Shown here: in pieces, positions 1-11,319 of the stretch | Numbering within the stretch: position 1 is the first letter of the stretch | Layout of the letters: the number at the start of each line of letters is the position of its first letter | Assembly: GCA_013239625.1 (NCBI GenBank) | Contig: MU054400.1 | Location: 355,146 to 419,145, forward strand | Reading direction: 5' to 3' | Length of the DNA stretch: 64,000 nucleotides | From: Lama guanicoe | Taxonomy: Eukaryota | The notes under the pieces: generated by a model | Databases searched by the model: none | What the model was told of the DNA's origin: nothing | Seen by the model: the letters and a program-made list of their open reading frames with translations, nothing else | Program-made: the position numbers and the translations under genes

Positions 1-292
1 CATTCCATATCTTTTTTTTTTTTTATCTGAAGAGGGAATGAAGACTAACATATTGCCCCATTAGCCTTGGGAATAAGAAAAGAGGGAAAAAATGCAATGT
101 GCCTACTCTCCTTCCTCTCCTGAATCTAAAGTCAACTGCATGGAGCAGGGACGAGTGGTGGGAAGTAGAAAGAAGCTGAATCACTGGTGGGAAAGGCAAT
201 CATGATTACTGCAAGTAGTTAATCTTCTAGCATAAACTGTCACAAAATAAGGCCTTAGATTTTTTTTTTCTTTAATGAAGGCCTTTTTTTGT

Positions 293-389
293 GGGGTCGG
301 GTGGGAATAGCTCAGTGGTAGAGGGCATGTTTAGCATGCACGAGGTCCTGGGTTCAATCCCCAGTACCTCCATTAAGAAAAAAAAAAAA
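293..389 (+). mobile_element. tRNA-derived SINE (camelid vic-1-like)
   Basis: Pol III A-box TAGCTCAGTGG and B-box GGTTCAATCC, ends CTCCA plus A-tail; six more copies in the window. Confidence 0.9.
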
Positions 390-594
390 GAAGACTTTTT
401 AAATAAGAAAAAACTATTATACTTTTGCTGCAAACAACACTCAAGTTCTCTAAATATTTATGATATTAATTCTATCAAGCTCTATTACACTGGTCACTGC
501 CCTAGTCTTCTAGCCCTTAATGTATCCTGATTTATCCTTTGCCATGAAGGGTTAAATATATAATAAAATATAATACGAATCAACAAAAAGTAAG

Positions 595-768
595 AAAGCC
601 TATTAGATTTGTATTTGTGTGCCAGCTCTGAGAGATGATTTTTAACAACTAACTGAAGCATTGTGTTAAGGATTCTGAGGCTCATCCAGGCTCAGTGGAA
701 AAGGTGTTAGTAAGAAGGTCCATGGATGTGAGCAAGGCCCGTGGGCATTGCACATACTTTCCATCCTT
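595..768 (+). mobile_element. MER103-like hAT-Charlie MITE remnant
   Basis: TGTGTTAAGGATTCTGAGGCTCATCCAGGCTCAGTGGAAAAG and terminal TTTCCATCCTTG resemble the recalled MER103 consensus. Confidence 0.55.
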
Positions 769-1624
769 GATAGAAAGAGAATCTTACCTTTGAGTTCACA
801 GGGCCAATTTGAAAGGATGCAGGTAGGAAGGTCCAGTGTCACAATAATACATAAGAAGAAGGTGTGGAGTTTGCATTGACTACAAGCTCAATATGAGCCA
901 GCAACCTGAAGGCACTGACGGGAGGCTGATGATCTCTAGGGTGGCATGGGTGGGGGCGTGCTGTCCAAAGGTAGGAAGGTGTATTCTGCTCTGTTCTGGC
1001 AGGATCATGGCAGCAGTGGTGGGTCCCATTCCAGATGTCACACATGGGAAGAAATGTTAGTCAACATTTAGGCTAGAGAGCAGTACACTCCATAAAGGGC
1101 TTTGGAACCTGTGTTTTATGAGAAAAAATGAGGCTGAAAATCCTGCTGAAAAGAAAACTTAAGGAAGTTCTGATACTCACCCTTCCCAAAAATCTAGCAT
1201 GCTGCTGCCCTCAAAGTGGACCACCACTAATTTATCTAATCAGGAGACCCCCATGAGCTCTCTGGCATGCCTACCTGCCTCCCACTACCGTGGTGTGCCT
1301 GCTGCACCCAGATGTTAAGCTAGTAAGCTGCAATCAATTAGCAATTATAATTAAAGCTGAACGTAATTAACAACATAATAGTGAGATATTTTTGTTTAAT
1401 TTCCTGAAGTTGGAAGACTATGACGCTCCTGACAGGAGATAATAAATACAAATAAAGCTCCTTAATTCAGATGAGCATTTGAGTCACATCCAAATAATTG
1501 TTCATCAAGTCATTGTTACCAAATGGAAATTCACTGGCCCACACAAATGTAGATAATTATCTTAATTAATGATCTTGTGGCCCATTACCAACAGACTTAG
1601 ATGTCCCTGCTGTCTTTAAATGCT

Positions 1625-1755
1625 TAAAAATTAGCGGATGACTGCACAACAATTCGAATATACCTAATGCCACTGAACTATATACTTTAAAAAGGTTAGA
1701 ATGGTAAATTTTATGCTGTGTATATTTTACCTCAATAAAAATTCTTTTTAAAAAA
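1625..1755 (+). mobile_element. Old L1 (L1MB-like) 3' end
   Basis: GCCACTGAACTATATACTTTAAAAAGGTTAGAATGGTAAATTTTATGCTGTGTATATTTTACCTCAATAAAA, a typical L1M 3' terminus. Confidence 0.75.
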
Positions 1756-1757
1756 CC

Positions 1758-1970
1758 ATAGTGTAGTGATAAAAGTATAGGCTGTTGAGTCAGTCAGAAA
1801 GGAGCATAAATTCTGGCTGGGCCACTTCCTGGCTCTGTGACCTCTAGCAAGTTGATAAACCTCTCTGAATCCCAGTTTCTTCCTCTACAAAATCAAGTAA
1901 TAATGCCTACCCATCAAATGAGGTAGGTAGTTGGAGGTAAGGAGTAGAAACGATGCATAGAAAGCATTCA
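1758..1970 (+). mobile_element. MIR SINE
   Basis: MIR core: CTGTGACCTCTAGCAAGTTGATAAACCTCTCTGAATCCCAGTTTCTTCCTCTACAAAAT. Confidence 0.75.
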
Positions 1971-3019
1971 GTGGGTGACACGGCGCTGAGGACGGATTAG
2001 GCCCAGCACAAGGACCAAGACGTGGAAGACCAAGTGACATTCAGGATAAGGAAGATGTGCTACCTGAGAGCTGTCTGACAGTGGAGAGGCACCACAAGTC
2101 TGTAGCCCTGCAAAACCACAGCCCTGAAAATCATAGCTATGGTGAAACAAAAACCCAAGAAGCAGAGGTTAAAAAGCAATAGTTCACTCTCCAAGTTTAA
2201 GGCTCCTAATCCATTTCATAGGATGAAGGGGCCACTGTTAACAGTAGACAACCATTGCACAGCTCAGGCTTCCCAGCAGGGGTCATTCCTCTAGACCACC
2301 AATCCCATGCTTCCACTTACCTTGCTTGCTTCACTTCCCTAAGGATCACCTTGGAGAGAGTTAATGTCATCTTGATCCTCCTTATGGATAGTAGAATGGT
2401 GGGATACAGTCCTCCCATTACTGTAATATGAAAAGCCACTTAGACTCTTATTTGTATGAGATCAGAACTGTGTTCCCTCCTCATCCATGGGTAAAGCTGA
2501 ATCAGCATCCTCCCAAGAAAAGGTGGTTTGATGGGGACATCAATTTGCTTAAGAATGTGGAAGACGCTCAGTTGGGGCAGGGGCAGGGGCTTAGGAAGTT
2601 AAAGCAACTACCAACTATATTGACATGCTGTAGCCCTTCTCACTGAGAACCTGACCTATAGGTCCTAGTTGGTCGTTTCCAGCCTCGGAGAGGAGTAAGA
2701 GGTGAGGAGGCAGAGGCAGAGATTACCACTTTAGTACACAGTTTGGATAACATTTCCTAAAGTGTTTTCCCAGCTTCCCCAGGCACTGCCTTCTCAGAGC
2801 TCCCACAGAATTGTACAACCCTCTCTTAACGCCTTATTTTGGTATCTAGGTCTTAAATCCAGGTCTCTAGATAACATGATAGGAAATACCATGTCTTGTT
2901 CATATTCCCTGCACCTTCCAGAAGCCAAGTGCAGACTAAGCTTTCAGTGTAAAGTTGTTGAGTAAATTGGATAGAGAGCTGGGGAGAAGGTCAAAGAAAG
3001 GAAGGTAGGGAAGGAGAAG

Positions 3020-3230
3020 GGAACTACTGCTGGGCACTGACTCCTTGCTTTACACACTTTCTCTCGGGTGATGCTTCATCCTAATAAGGCCCCAACCAGG
3101 ATAGGCACTATAATTATTTTCTTTGAACAGAGCAGTGAAGTAAAGTAACTTGCCCAGAGATATCCATTAGTGAGTGAGAAGTCAAGATTCAATCCATATT
3201 CACCTGTTCTAACAGCCCATGCTATTTTCC
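3020..3230 (-). mobile_element. MIR SINE, degraded
   Basis: AAGTAAAGTAACTTGCCCAGAG...GATTCAATCC, reverse MIR core. Confidence 0.55.
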
Positions 3231-3972
3231 CTAAGAAAATACAACTTAGCCCCTTTCCTGGTTCTGTGGCTCTGCTTCATCTCCACTCTGCATGACTCCC
3301 TTCCTAACTTTAAAGCATCGCCAACAAGCCAGAGACCCATTAGTTTTACTATAATTCTCCCAAGGATCTATGCCTAAGGAACATTTCTGTGTTCCTCAAG
3401 TAGGAACTATTTAAAAGAATGGATTAATAAACATTAGCTAGGTGCTACTTGCACTCTCAAAAAAGTGATGGATACTTTTGTTATGAAACATGGTAGGGAA
3501 TAAATTACCACTATGCTTTATTAAAACAGCTCTAAATAACATGAACCTAGAATGCTTGCATGAAAATTGTGATAAAGATAGAATTTGAATTGGAATCACC
3601 AAATGAATAGATTTTATCCTCCTCAGTGACTCCAAATATTTTTAAATTATTCTACTTTGCAGTCTGCAGAGCATTTTAATACTTACTCATCTAATGGGAT
3701 CTTCCTAGAAGGATCAAATGAGTAAGATATTTTCATCTTTTAATGTAGACAAATCTATCAATATTTTCCTTTTGAGTTTACCCATTGCTTTTTGAGTTTA
3801 TCCAAAGCTTGTAAACACCTTTCTAAAATTTTATTTTCCTTTCATTTTTTATAATGCATTATTTAAACCACCTAAAACTAACTTAGGAAATAGAGTGAGA
3901 TGAGAATAAGCTTTTATTTTTCCCATATAACTAATCTATTGTTCAGCACAATTTATTGAATAATCTTTCCTC

Positions 3973-4779
3973 TGTTGGGGAAGAAGAAATTGATCTCTAC
4001 CCTTCTAAATTCTTTTGGTAAGGTGGGAAGGGACAGACTGGGATTTCAAAATTGTAGAATAGATAAACAAGATTATACTGTATAGCACAGGGAAATATAC
4101 ACAAAATCTTATGGTAGCTCACAGAGAAAAAAATGTGACAATGAGTGTGTATATGTCCATGTATGACTGAAAAATTGTGCTGAACACTGGAATTTGACAC
4201 AACATTGTAAAATGATTATAAATCAATAAAAAATGTTTTAAAAAAGTAAATTCTTTTGGTTGTTCTAAGAATTAAATTGACATGAGGGAGTAACAGGAGA
4301 AAATCAAACAAAAGTTCAATAACATGTATACATGGGAGAGTCTCAGGAAAACTGAGTCACTCGCCAAAATGGCCAAAACCCTCACCTTAAATACCATCAC
4401 TAGCTAAAGACAAAAGAAGATATTGGAGGTGGTGGTTTGGGACTTCAAAGAGAAAGAAGGCAATTTACATGGAGATGGAAAAGCAAATGTTTGGGTAAAC
4501 AAATGTTTGCTGGGCCATGTGGAGACAAAGAGACACAGAGAGGAATTTTAACAAACAGACTTTGCTAGGTTCCTCCCTGTCCACACACCTAATTCATTCT
4601 ATAGTTATCCATGGTGATAGCTCTTTCCTGGAACAGGTCCTCTACCTACATTCTTTTAGGGAGTTTCAGGGAAGGTCAAAGGCTCTTCCTGAGTCTTTTA
4701 GACCTTGATTGTTTTCAGCCTGAAATAAGCCACATGCCAATGAAACATTCTGCAGTGGCAAATTTTGCTCCCCTATACA
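3973..4779 (-). mobile_element. Solo ERV LTR (ERV1-like) containing a young L1 3' end
   Basis: TG...CA termini, flanks TCCTC/TCCTT (near-TSD), LTR-like body; orientation inferred. Confidence 0.65.
4020..4246 (+). mobile_element. Young lineage-specific L1 3' end, 5'-truncated
   Basis: L1 3' UTR shared with copies at 6.4, 10.6, 15.4 and 16.2 kb; AATAAA and A-tail; exact 14-bp TSD TAAATTCTTTTGGT (4006-4019 / 4247-4260). Confidence 0.9.
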
Positions 4780-5659
4780 TCCTTTGCTGATATTTGAGTT
4801 TTGTCATGCATTTGTTTCATGTGTATCGTTTTACCCATTTCAAACTTATCTATTCTATTCTAGATCTATTTATCAAGTCTTTTTTCAGCAACACACTCCT
4901 TTAGTTGCTTTAATTTTCCATTACTTTTTAATATCAAAGAGTGAAAATACTCCCCCTTGCTGGTATTTAAAAAAAACAAAAAGTCCCTGAACATTCTCAT
5001 CTGCTGATTTTTCCAAACGGTATTGAAAATCATTTTGTTAGCATGGCCCTGAGGCTTCTGAGGCAGGGAGCAGGTAATGGGAAAACAACAAAGTATCTTC
5101 TCCCCTCTCCCCTTCTTGCTCTAGACCTGTTGGAATGGGTTGGATGGTCATGATAAGTGCTGTGCTTTCTGAGCAATAGCACTACTTAATTACAATGCCT
5201 GTGATACCTGAAGCAGACAGTCTCAAAATTACTTAGAAATCCGAAGGGAAAAATTTATCAGAGAGGTACCTTTTAGGTGAATGGTTTCACTATAAAAACC
5301 TGACTGCCATGGTTTGGGGCAAGAGAATATTTTTATTAAGTAGACTTCCTCCCCAATAATAGAATATTAGCCACATACAATAGTCACCATCACAGATTTA
5401 AATCATACTAAAAACTGTCGATTTGAGTTGTATTTACCTTTTTCTCTGTTTTTTAGGTTTTCTCTTGAAGCTAGGTAGAGATACATCAAGGGCTGTCAAA
5501 CAGATGTCATGAAACCATTATGAGTGTTGTTTTAGTGGGAAGCTGGAAGAAAGCATACTAGGTGTTCTACAGAGTAACCTACCACCATGTGACCCAGAAA
5601 TCCAGATACTTAGTAAGTCAAATGTCCACTGCTTTTAATCAGCACTGGGAAAAGCTGGC

Positions 5660-5890
5660 TTGCTAGTAATGTACTTAGAACCCAACAGACTTGGATTCTA
5701 ATCCTGACTCCTTTTTATGCTATTTGAAAGCCCCGGGTGAGTTTATTTAACAGCTCTGTGCCTCAGTTTCCTCACAGATAAGGGTGGGAAAATAAAACTG
5801 ACCTTGTAGGACTCAAAGACTAGGGATAATATATATAAACAGCTTGCACAATAGTTGACACAGAATAGGTCCCTAAAAAATATTAGTTAT
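5660..5890 (+). mobile_element. MIR SINE
   Basis: CTCTGTGCCTCAGTTTCCTCA core and MIR 3' part. Confidence 0.7.
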
Positions 5891-6395
5891 TGATGCCACC
5901 AATAATATGAGTAGTCTGCATTTCCTTATTATTTCTAGTCAAAAGCTCATCCAGAAAAAGTGAGAGGACATCAACTATGCTGAGTGGAGGTAAGATAACA
6001 GACGATTCTCCTAGTCTACAGAGTTCCTGCCTAGGAAAGCAGGTTCTTGCCTCTGGCTTGAACAGTGTCCCAGGGAGCCCACTGGCAGCCCACACTTAGC
6101 ACAATAATGGGAACGTGCTCCTCACCCGCAATGAACACACACTCAGGAGCCACCTACTCGATCCCGCCTGGGTGGAGTATTGCTTCCTGGAGGAACCAAG
6201 AGCAGCCTCACACATTCTGTCCCCTGTGCCCCAGGTGGCATGGGACTCCTTGGCCACTGCTGACCTTCTGTGCAGGCTCTTCATCACGGTCCAGTGAGCC
6301 ACATCTGAGTGGAAGAAACAGAGCAGCAACGTCAGTCTGTGCAACCAATGAAGGGAGCAAGCCGATCAGCAGACTCTTGCTGAACAAGAATCCTT

Positions 6396-7208
6396 TTTTT
6401 TTTCACATTCCACTTACTATTTTATTTTTTTAACATTTTTTATTGATTTATAATCATTTTACAATGTTGTGTCAAATTCCAGTGCAGAGCACAATTTTTA
6501 AGTTATACATGAACATATATATATTCATTGTCACATTTTTTTCTCTGTGAACCACCATAAGATCTTGTGTATATTTCCCTGTGCTATACAGTGTAATCTT
6601 GTTTAATTATCTATTCTTTTGAAATCTCTTCTATCCCTTCCCACCCTCTGCCCCCTTGGCAACCACAAGTTTGTATTCTATGTCTGTGAATCTATTTCTG
6701 TTTTGTATTTATACTTTGTTTTTTGTTTTGAGATTCCACATATGAGCGATCTCATATGGTATTTTTCTTTCTCTTTCTGGCTTACTTCACTTAGAATGAC
6801 ATTCTCCAGGAGCATCCATGTTGCTGCAAATGGCATTATGTTGTCAGTTTTTATGGCTGAATAGTATTCCATTGTATAAATAGACCACCTCTTCTTTATC
6901 CAGTCATCTGTCAATGGACATTTAGGTTGTTTCCATGTCTTGGCTATTGTAAATAATGCTGCTATGAACACTGGGGTGCAGGTGTCATCCTGAAGTAGGG
7001 TTCCTTCTGGATATATGCCCAGGAGCGGCATTCCTGGGTCATATGGTAAGTCTATTCCTAGTCTTTTGAGGAATCTCCATACTGCTTTCCACAGTGGCTG
7101 CACTTTGATCCATTTTGAGTTTATTTTTGTGTATGGAGTAAGGGAGTGTTCTAGCTTCATTGTTTTACATGCTGCTGTCCAGTTTTCCCAACACCATTTG
7201 CTGAAGAG
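6396..7208 (-). mobile_element. Young L1 3' end (ORF2 C-terminus plus 3' UTR), internally deleted
   Basis: ORF 6678..7160 is the L1 ORF2 C-terminus ([35 protein letters not shown]); 12-bp TSD ACAAGAATCCTT (6384-6395 / 7209-7220). Confidence 0.95.
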
Positions 7209-7224
7209 ACAAGAATCCTTAATA

Positions 7225-7435
7225 ATAGTGATTTACCATTTATGTGCCTGGCACTCTACAAGACTCTTCCTGTTTAATTATCACAATAACCCTATAAGAT
7301 AGATACTGATATTGTCATTTTACAGAGGAGGAAATGAGGCTCAGAGAAATTCAAAGTAACTTCCCATAGCTGGTAAGAGTCAGACACAGGATTCCAACCC
7401 AGGTGTATACAGCTACAAAGCTCTGACTCTCCCAG
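7225..7435 (-). mobile_element. MIR SINE
   Basis: CATTTTACAGAGGAGGAAATGAGGCTCAGAGA, reverse MIR core. Confidence 0.8.
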
Positions 7436-7506
7436 AACCACGGATGAGTGCTGCATGGGCTTCAGAACCTGACTCAGAGACGCTGACCTGGAAGGAACCT
7501 TAAAGA

Positions 7507-8026
7507 TGATACCAGTTAGTACGCTGTTGTCTCTCAGCTCCAAGCCCACCCTTCCATACTCAGCTTTGTGATGCTAGGGAGGGGACCCTGCATACCCAAT
7601 TTCTCCATTGCCAGCTGCTTCCTGTGAGGCTTTTCCAGTGGGGATCTAAGGGAGGGAGAGGGGGCCTGCTACTGCCTGCTTGCTTATTAGGTCAGTCTGG
7701 CTCCAGCAACTTTTCTTTTTTACCCTGGCCTCAGCAGCTCGTTCCTACAGCCAGAGATTGTTTGCAACTTCCTCAACATCAGCCATGTGGTACTACCCTC
7801 TCCTCCCTTCCTCAGAGCCCCCAGGACCTACTGGTGCTGAGATGCATGGTCCCCTTCCCCAGGCTTCTAAGTTTTAACAGTCTCAATATCTCCCCTCTGT
7901 TCCCCCCAGCTCTAGCTGCTTCCTGTTTGCCTTTCCAGCTCTCCACCACCTAGTTAAGAATTGTTGATCTTAATTTCTCTGTAAAAATAACTGGCATGGT
8001 TTCTGTCTCCTGACTGGACCCCAACA
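7507..8026 (+). mobile_element. ERVL LTR (LTR33-like) inserted in a MIR
   Basis: CAGCTCCAAGCCCACCCTTC start and GGTTTCTGTCTCCTGACTGGACCC end resemble LTR33; TAAAGA repeated on both flanks; MIR sequence resumes afterwards. Confidence 0.6.
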
Positions 8027-9704
8027 TAAAGAATCATCTACTCTAATGCCTTCCAAATGAGGAAACCAAGGCCCAGAGAAGTTGTGACTTGCTTAAGTTT
8101 GCACAGTACTAGAATTTACAATAACGTTGCCACCATTTATACACTTAGAATGTGCTACAACCCAGTGAGATACTTAGACCATCATTCTTATAAAACAAAT
8201 GTGGAAATTGAAGCTCAAAAGTTATGTGATTTCCCTAATGTCAACCACCTAATGAGTAACAGAGGTACAGTTTGAACTTAATTAGTCTAACTGCAAAAGC
8301 AGGGCCCTTAACCCCTATCCCATGCTCAGCGTCTTGTCTCCCTTCACCGAGGGATGCAGAGATGTAAATGTCTCTGCATCTTCACAGGCTAGTGGAGCTC
8401 CTAGTTATGATCACTTACTCTCCTAGAACTGCTCATTCTCAACACCCATAATCTTTTCTTAGCATTCTTGGCACAGAATAAAAAATCTAAACATCGTTTC
8501 ATCTACTAACATTTCTTTACCCAAGTCCCCAAACCAAACAGGACGAAAACAGCTCTTTTACATCATGTCATTTGTCTCCTAAGCAATCCAGGAATCTTCA
8601 GCATGACTGATGCCCCCCCTCACAGCCAAGCACAATGACTCTGAGTCCTGGGTCATTTACAGACAAAAACAGAGGACTACTTGGCAACAAGTAAGGAGTA
8701 AGATCAGTTAGGAAAGTTGAAATTGCACTTCAAAAATACCAATAAGTCTCTCTTTATTACCTCCTGACAGGTGGAGCCCAATGAGGAACTTCCAAGGAGC
8801 TGAGGAGCTGGATTTGGGGGCCAGCCACCCCCTGGACCAGGAGCTCTGCTGATCACAGCTAAGCTTACAGTCGGTTAATCACAAAAGGAGACTGGATGCT
8901 CCCACACCGGGGATGCTGCTGGGCCGTTGTCTGCTCATGACTCAACCTGGATTACGTGCAGCTCCTGTTGGGCTCAGCACTTTGTTGTAGGAAGCATCCT
9001 CAGAAGGATTCATCTTCATTCAAGCACAGCATGGAGGTTAAGGCAGGAGGAAGCCTCAGAGCATGGAGCAAGCCTTGCGACTATCCCAGGGTTGAACCTA
9101 CACACAAATGCAGGAGCGGAGAACATCATAAGAACAAGTCATGGGTTTTTTCATGTGTCCTGAGCTTTGGCGGTCAGTTCCCTGAAGCCCTTGAAAGTTG
9201 TGCTGCTTTCATTCAATAACCCCTCATGGAGCACTGGCTAGATGATGGCGCACTGATAGGACTGCTTTGTTCAAGTCAATGGATGTCTGATGAGCACTTA
9301 CCATGTGCAAGGCTTTACCAGAGAGGAAGGACTTATGCCTACAGGAAGCAGCCCGCTGGGCTTGTGTGTCACTCCTGCTCACTCAGAGCCCTGGTTTTCA
9401 CAGTTTTCTCAGTACCCACAGCAGGAGCATCTGGTTTATCAGACAGGGCACTAGACCAGGAGCCAGAAAGTTTAAGTCTGGGCTATGTCACTCACCCTCT
9501 GTACAATTTAGGCAAGTCACTTAACCACCCCACCTGAGAGTTCTCATGTTCCAAGAGGCATCTGACCAGTTAAGATCTAACAATGGGAATCTAGGATAAC
9601 TACTATTGAAATTTGGGGGAAGAATGAAAAATGTATTTTAGCCCTATTGAGTTTAACCATTATAGCAGACAAATGAAATTCCCTGATCAAGAAAGACCTG
9701 GGGA

Positions 9705-11030
9705 CTGCACAGCAAAGGATACTGTCAACAAAATGAAAAGGCAACCTACTGAATGGGAGAAAATATTTGCAATTCATATATCTGATAGGGGTTAATATCC
9801 AAATATTTAAAGAACTCATTCAACTCAGTATCAAAAAAACCTAATTTAAAAATGGGCAGGAGATCTGAAAAGACATTCTTCCAGAGAAGACATACAGCTA
9901 GCTCATAGGTATAATGAAAAGATGCTCAATATCACTAACCATTGGGGAAATGCAAAGCAACACCACAATATCACCTCACACGTTAGAACAATTATTATCA
10001 AAAAGCCAAGAAATAACAAGGCTGGCGAGGATGTGGAGAAAAGGGAACCCTTGTGCACTGCTGGTAGCAATGTAAACTGGTACAACTACTATGGAAAACA
10101 GTATGGAGATTCCTCAAAAAACTGAAAAAAAAAAGGACTACTAGATGATACAGCAATTGTACTTCTCAGTATTTATCCAAAGAAAATGAAAAACACTAAC
10201 TCAAAAAGATATATGCTTCTCCATGTTCATGGCAGCATTACTTATAATAGGAAACAACCTAAGTGTCCATCAAGGGATGAATGAATAAAGAAGATATTAT
10301 TCAGTCATAAAAAAGAATGAAACCTTGCCATCTGCAACAACTTGGCTAGACCTCAAGGGCCTTTTGCTAGGTAAAATAAGTCAGAAAGACAAATACCGTA
10401 TGATCCCACTTACATGTAGAGTCTAAAACAAACAAACAAACAACAACAAAAACAAGCTCATAGATACAGGGAACAGACGGGTGGTTGCCAGAGGTGGCGG
10501 TGAAAGAGTGAAGGGGGTCAAAAGGTACAAACTTCCATTTATAAAATAATTAAGTCACAGGAATGTAATGTACAACGTGGTGACTATAGTTAATAATACT
10601 GCTTTTTTTTATGTAGAATAGATAAACAAGATTGTACTGTGTAGCACAGGGAAATATATACAGGATCTTATGGTAGCTCACAGTGAAAAATAAATGTGAC
10701 AATGAATATATGTATGTTCATGTGTAACTGAAAAATTGTGCTCTATCCTGGAATTTGCAACAACATTGTAAAATGACTATAACTCAATAAAAAAAAAGTT
10801 TAAAAAAATACTGCATTTTTTAAAGATGCTAAGAGTAGATCTTGAAAGTTCTCATCACAAGAAAAAAAAATTTTTTGTAATTATGTAAGGTGATGGATGT
10901 TAACTAGACTTACTGTGGTGATATTTTGCAATGCATACAAATGTCAAATCATTATGTTGTACACCTGAAACTAATATACTGTTATATGTCAGTTATACAC
11001 CAATCAATCAATAAAGAAAAAAGAAGAAAA
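9705..11030 (+). mobile_element. Middle-aged L1 3' portion (ORF2 C-terminus plus 3' UTR)
   Basis: ORF 9922..10125 ([18 protein letters not shown]) is L1 ORF2-like; L1MA-type 3' UTR and A-rich tail; frameshifted. Confidence 0.9.
10611..10806 (+). mobile_element. Young L1 3' end nested in the older L1 3' UTR
   Basis: Same 3' UTR as 4020-4246; flanked by AATACTGC (10595-10602 / 10807-10814). Confidence 0.85.
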
Positions 11031-11167
11031 ATTAGAAAACAGGCATACTAGAAAAAAAAGGGGACATACTGCAGAGGAAATAGATATCAAAAGTCATAAG
11101 AGACATACAACTTTATGCCATTGTATTTTAAAATGATACTTTTAAGAAAATATTACTCACCAAGACT

Positions 11168-11319
11168 TTTTATTTTAGTTTAGTTTAGTTTAGTTTTTTG
11201 CTGGGGAGGGGAAGTAATTAGGTTTTTATTTATTTATAATGAAGGTACTGGGGACTGAACCCAGGACTTCGCGCATGCTAAGCACGCACTCTATCACTGA
11301 GCTATATGCTCCCTGCCCC
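11168..11319 (-). mobile_element. tRNA-derived SINE (vic-1-like, long-tail form)
   Basis: Reverse A/B boxes, (TTTAG)n tail, TSD CTCACCAA(G/A)ACT (11156-11167 / 11320-11331). Confidence 0.9.

Larger units (their letters stand above)
3720..5040 (-). mobile_element. Ancient L1 (L1ME-like) fragment interrupted by an LTR
   Basis: T-rich antisense L1 phrases (CTATTGTTCAGCACAATTTATTGAATAATC, AATCATTTTGTTA) on both sides of the LTR. Confidence 0.5.

Noticed and set aside
291..530. tRNA-like sequence and a 79-aa ORF
   Set aside because: This is a SINE head with an A-tail, present seven times in the window; not a tRNA gene, and the ORF is incidental.
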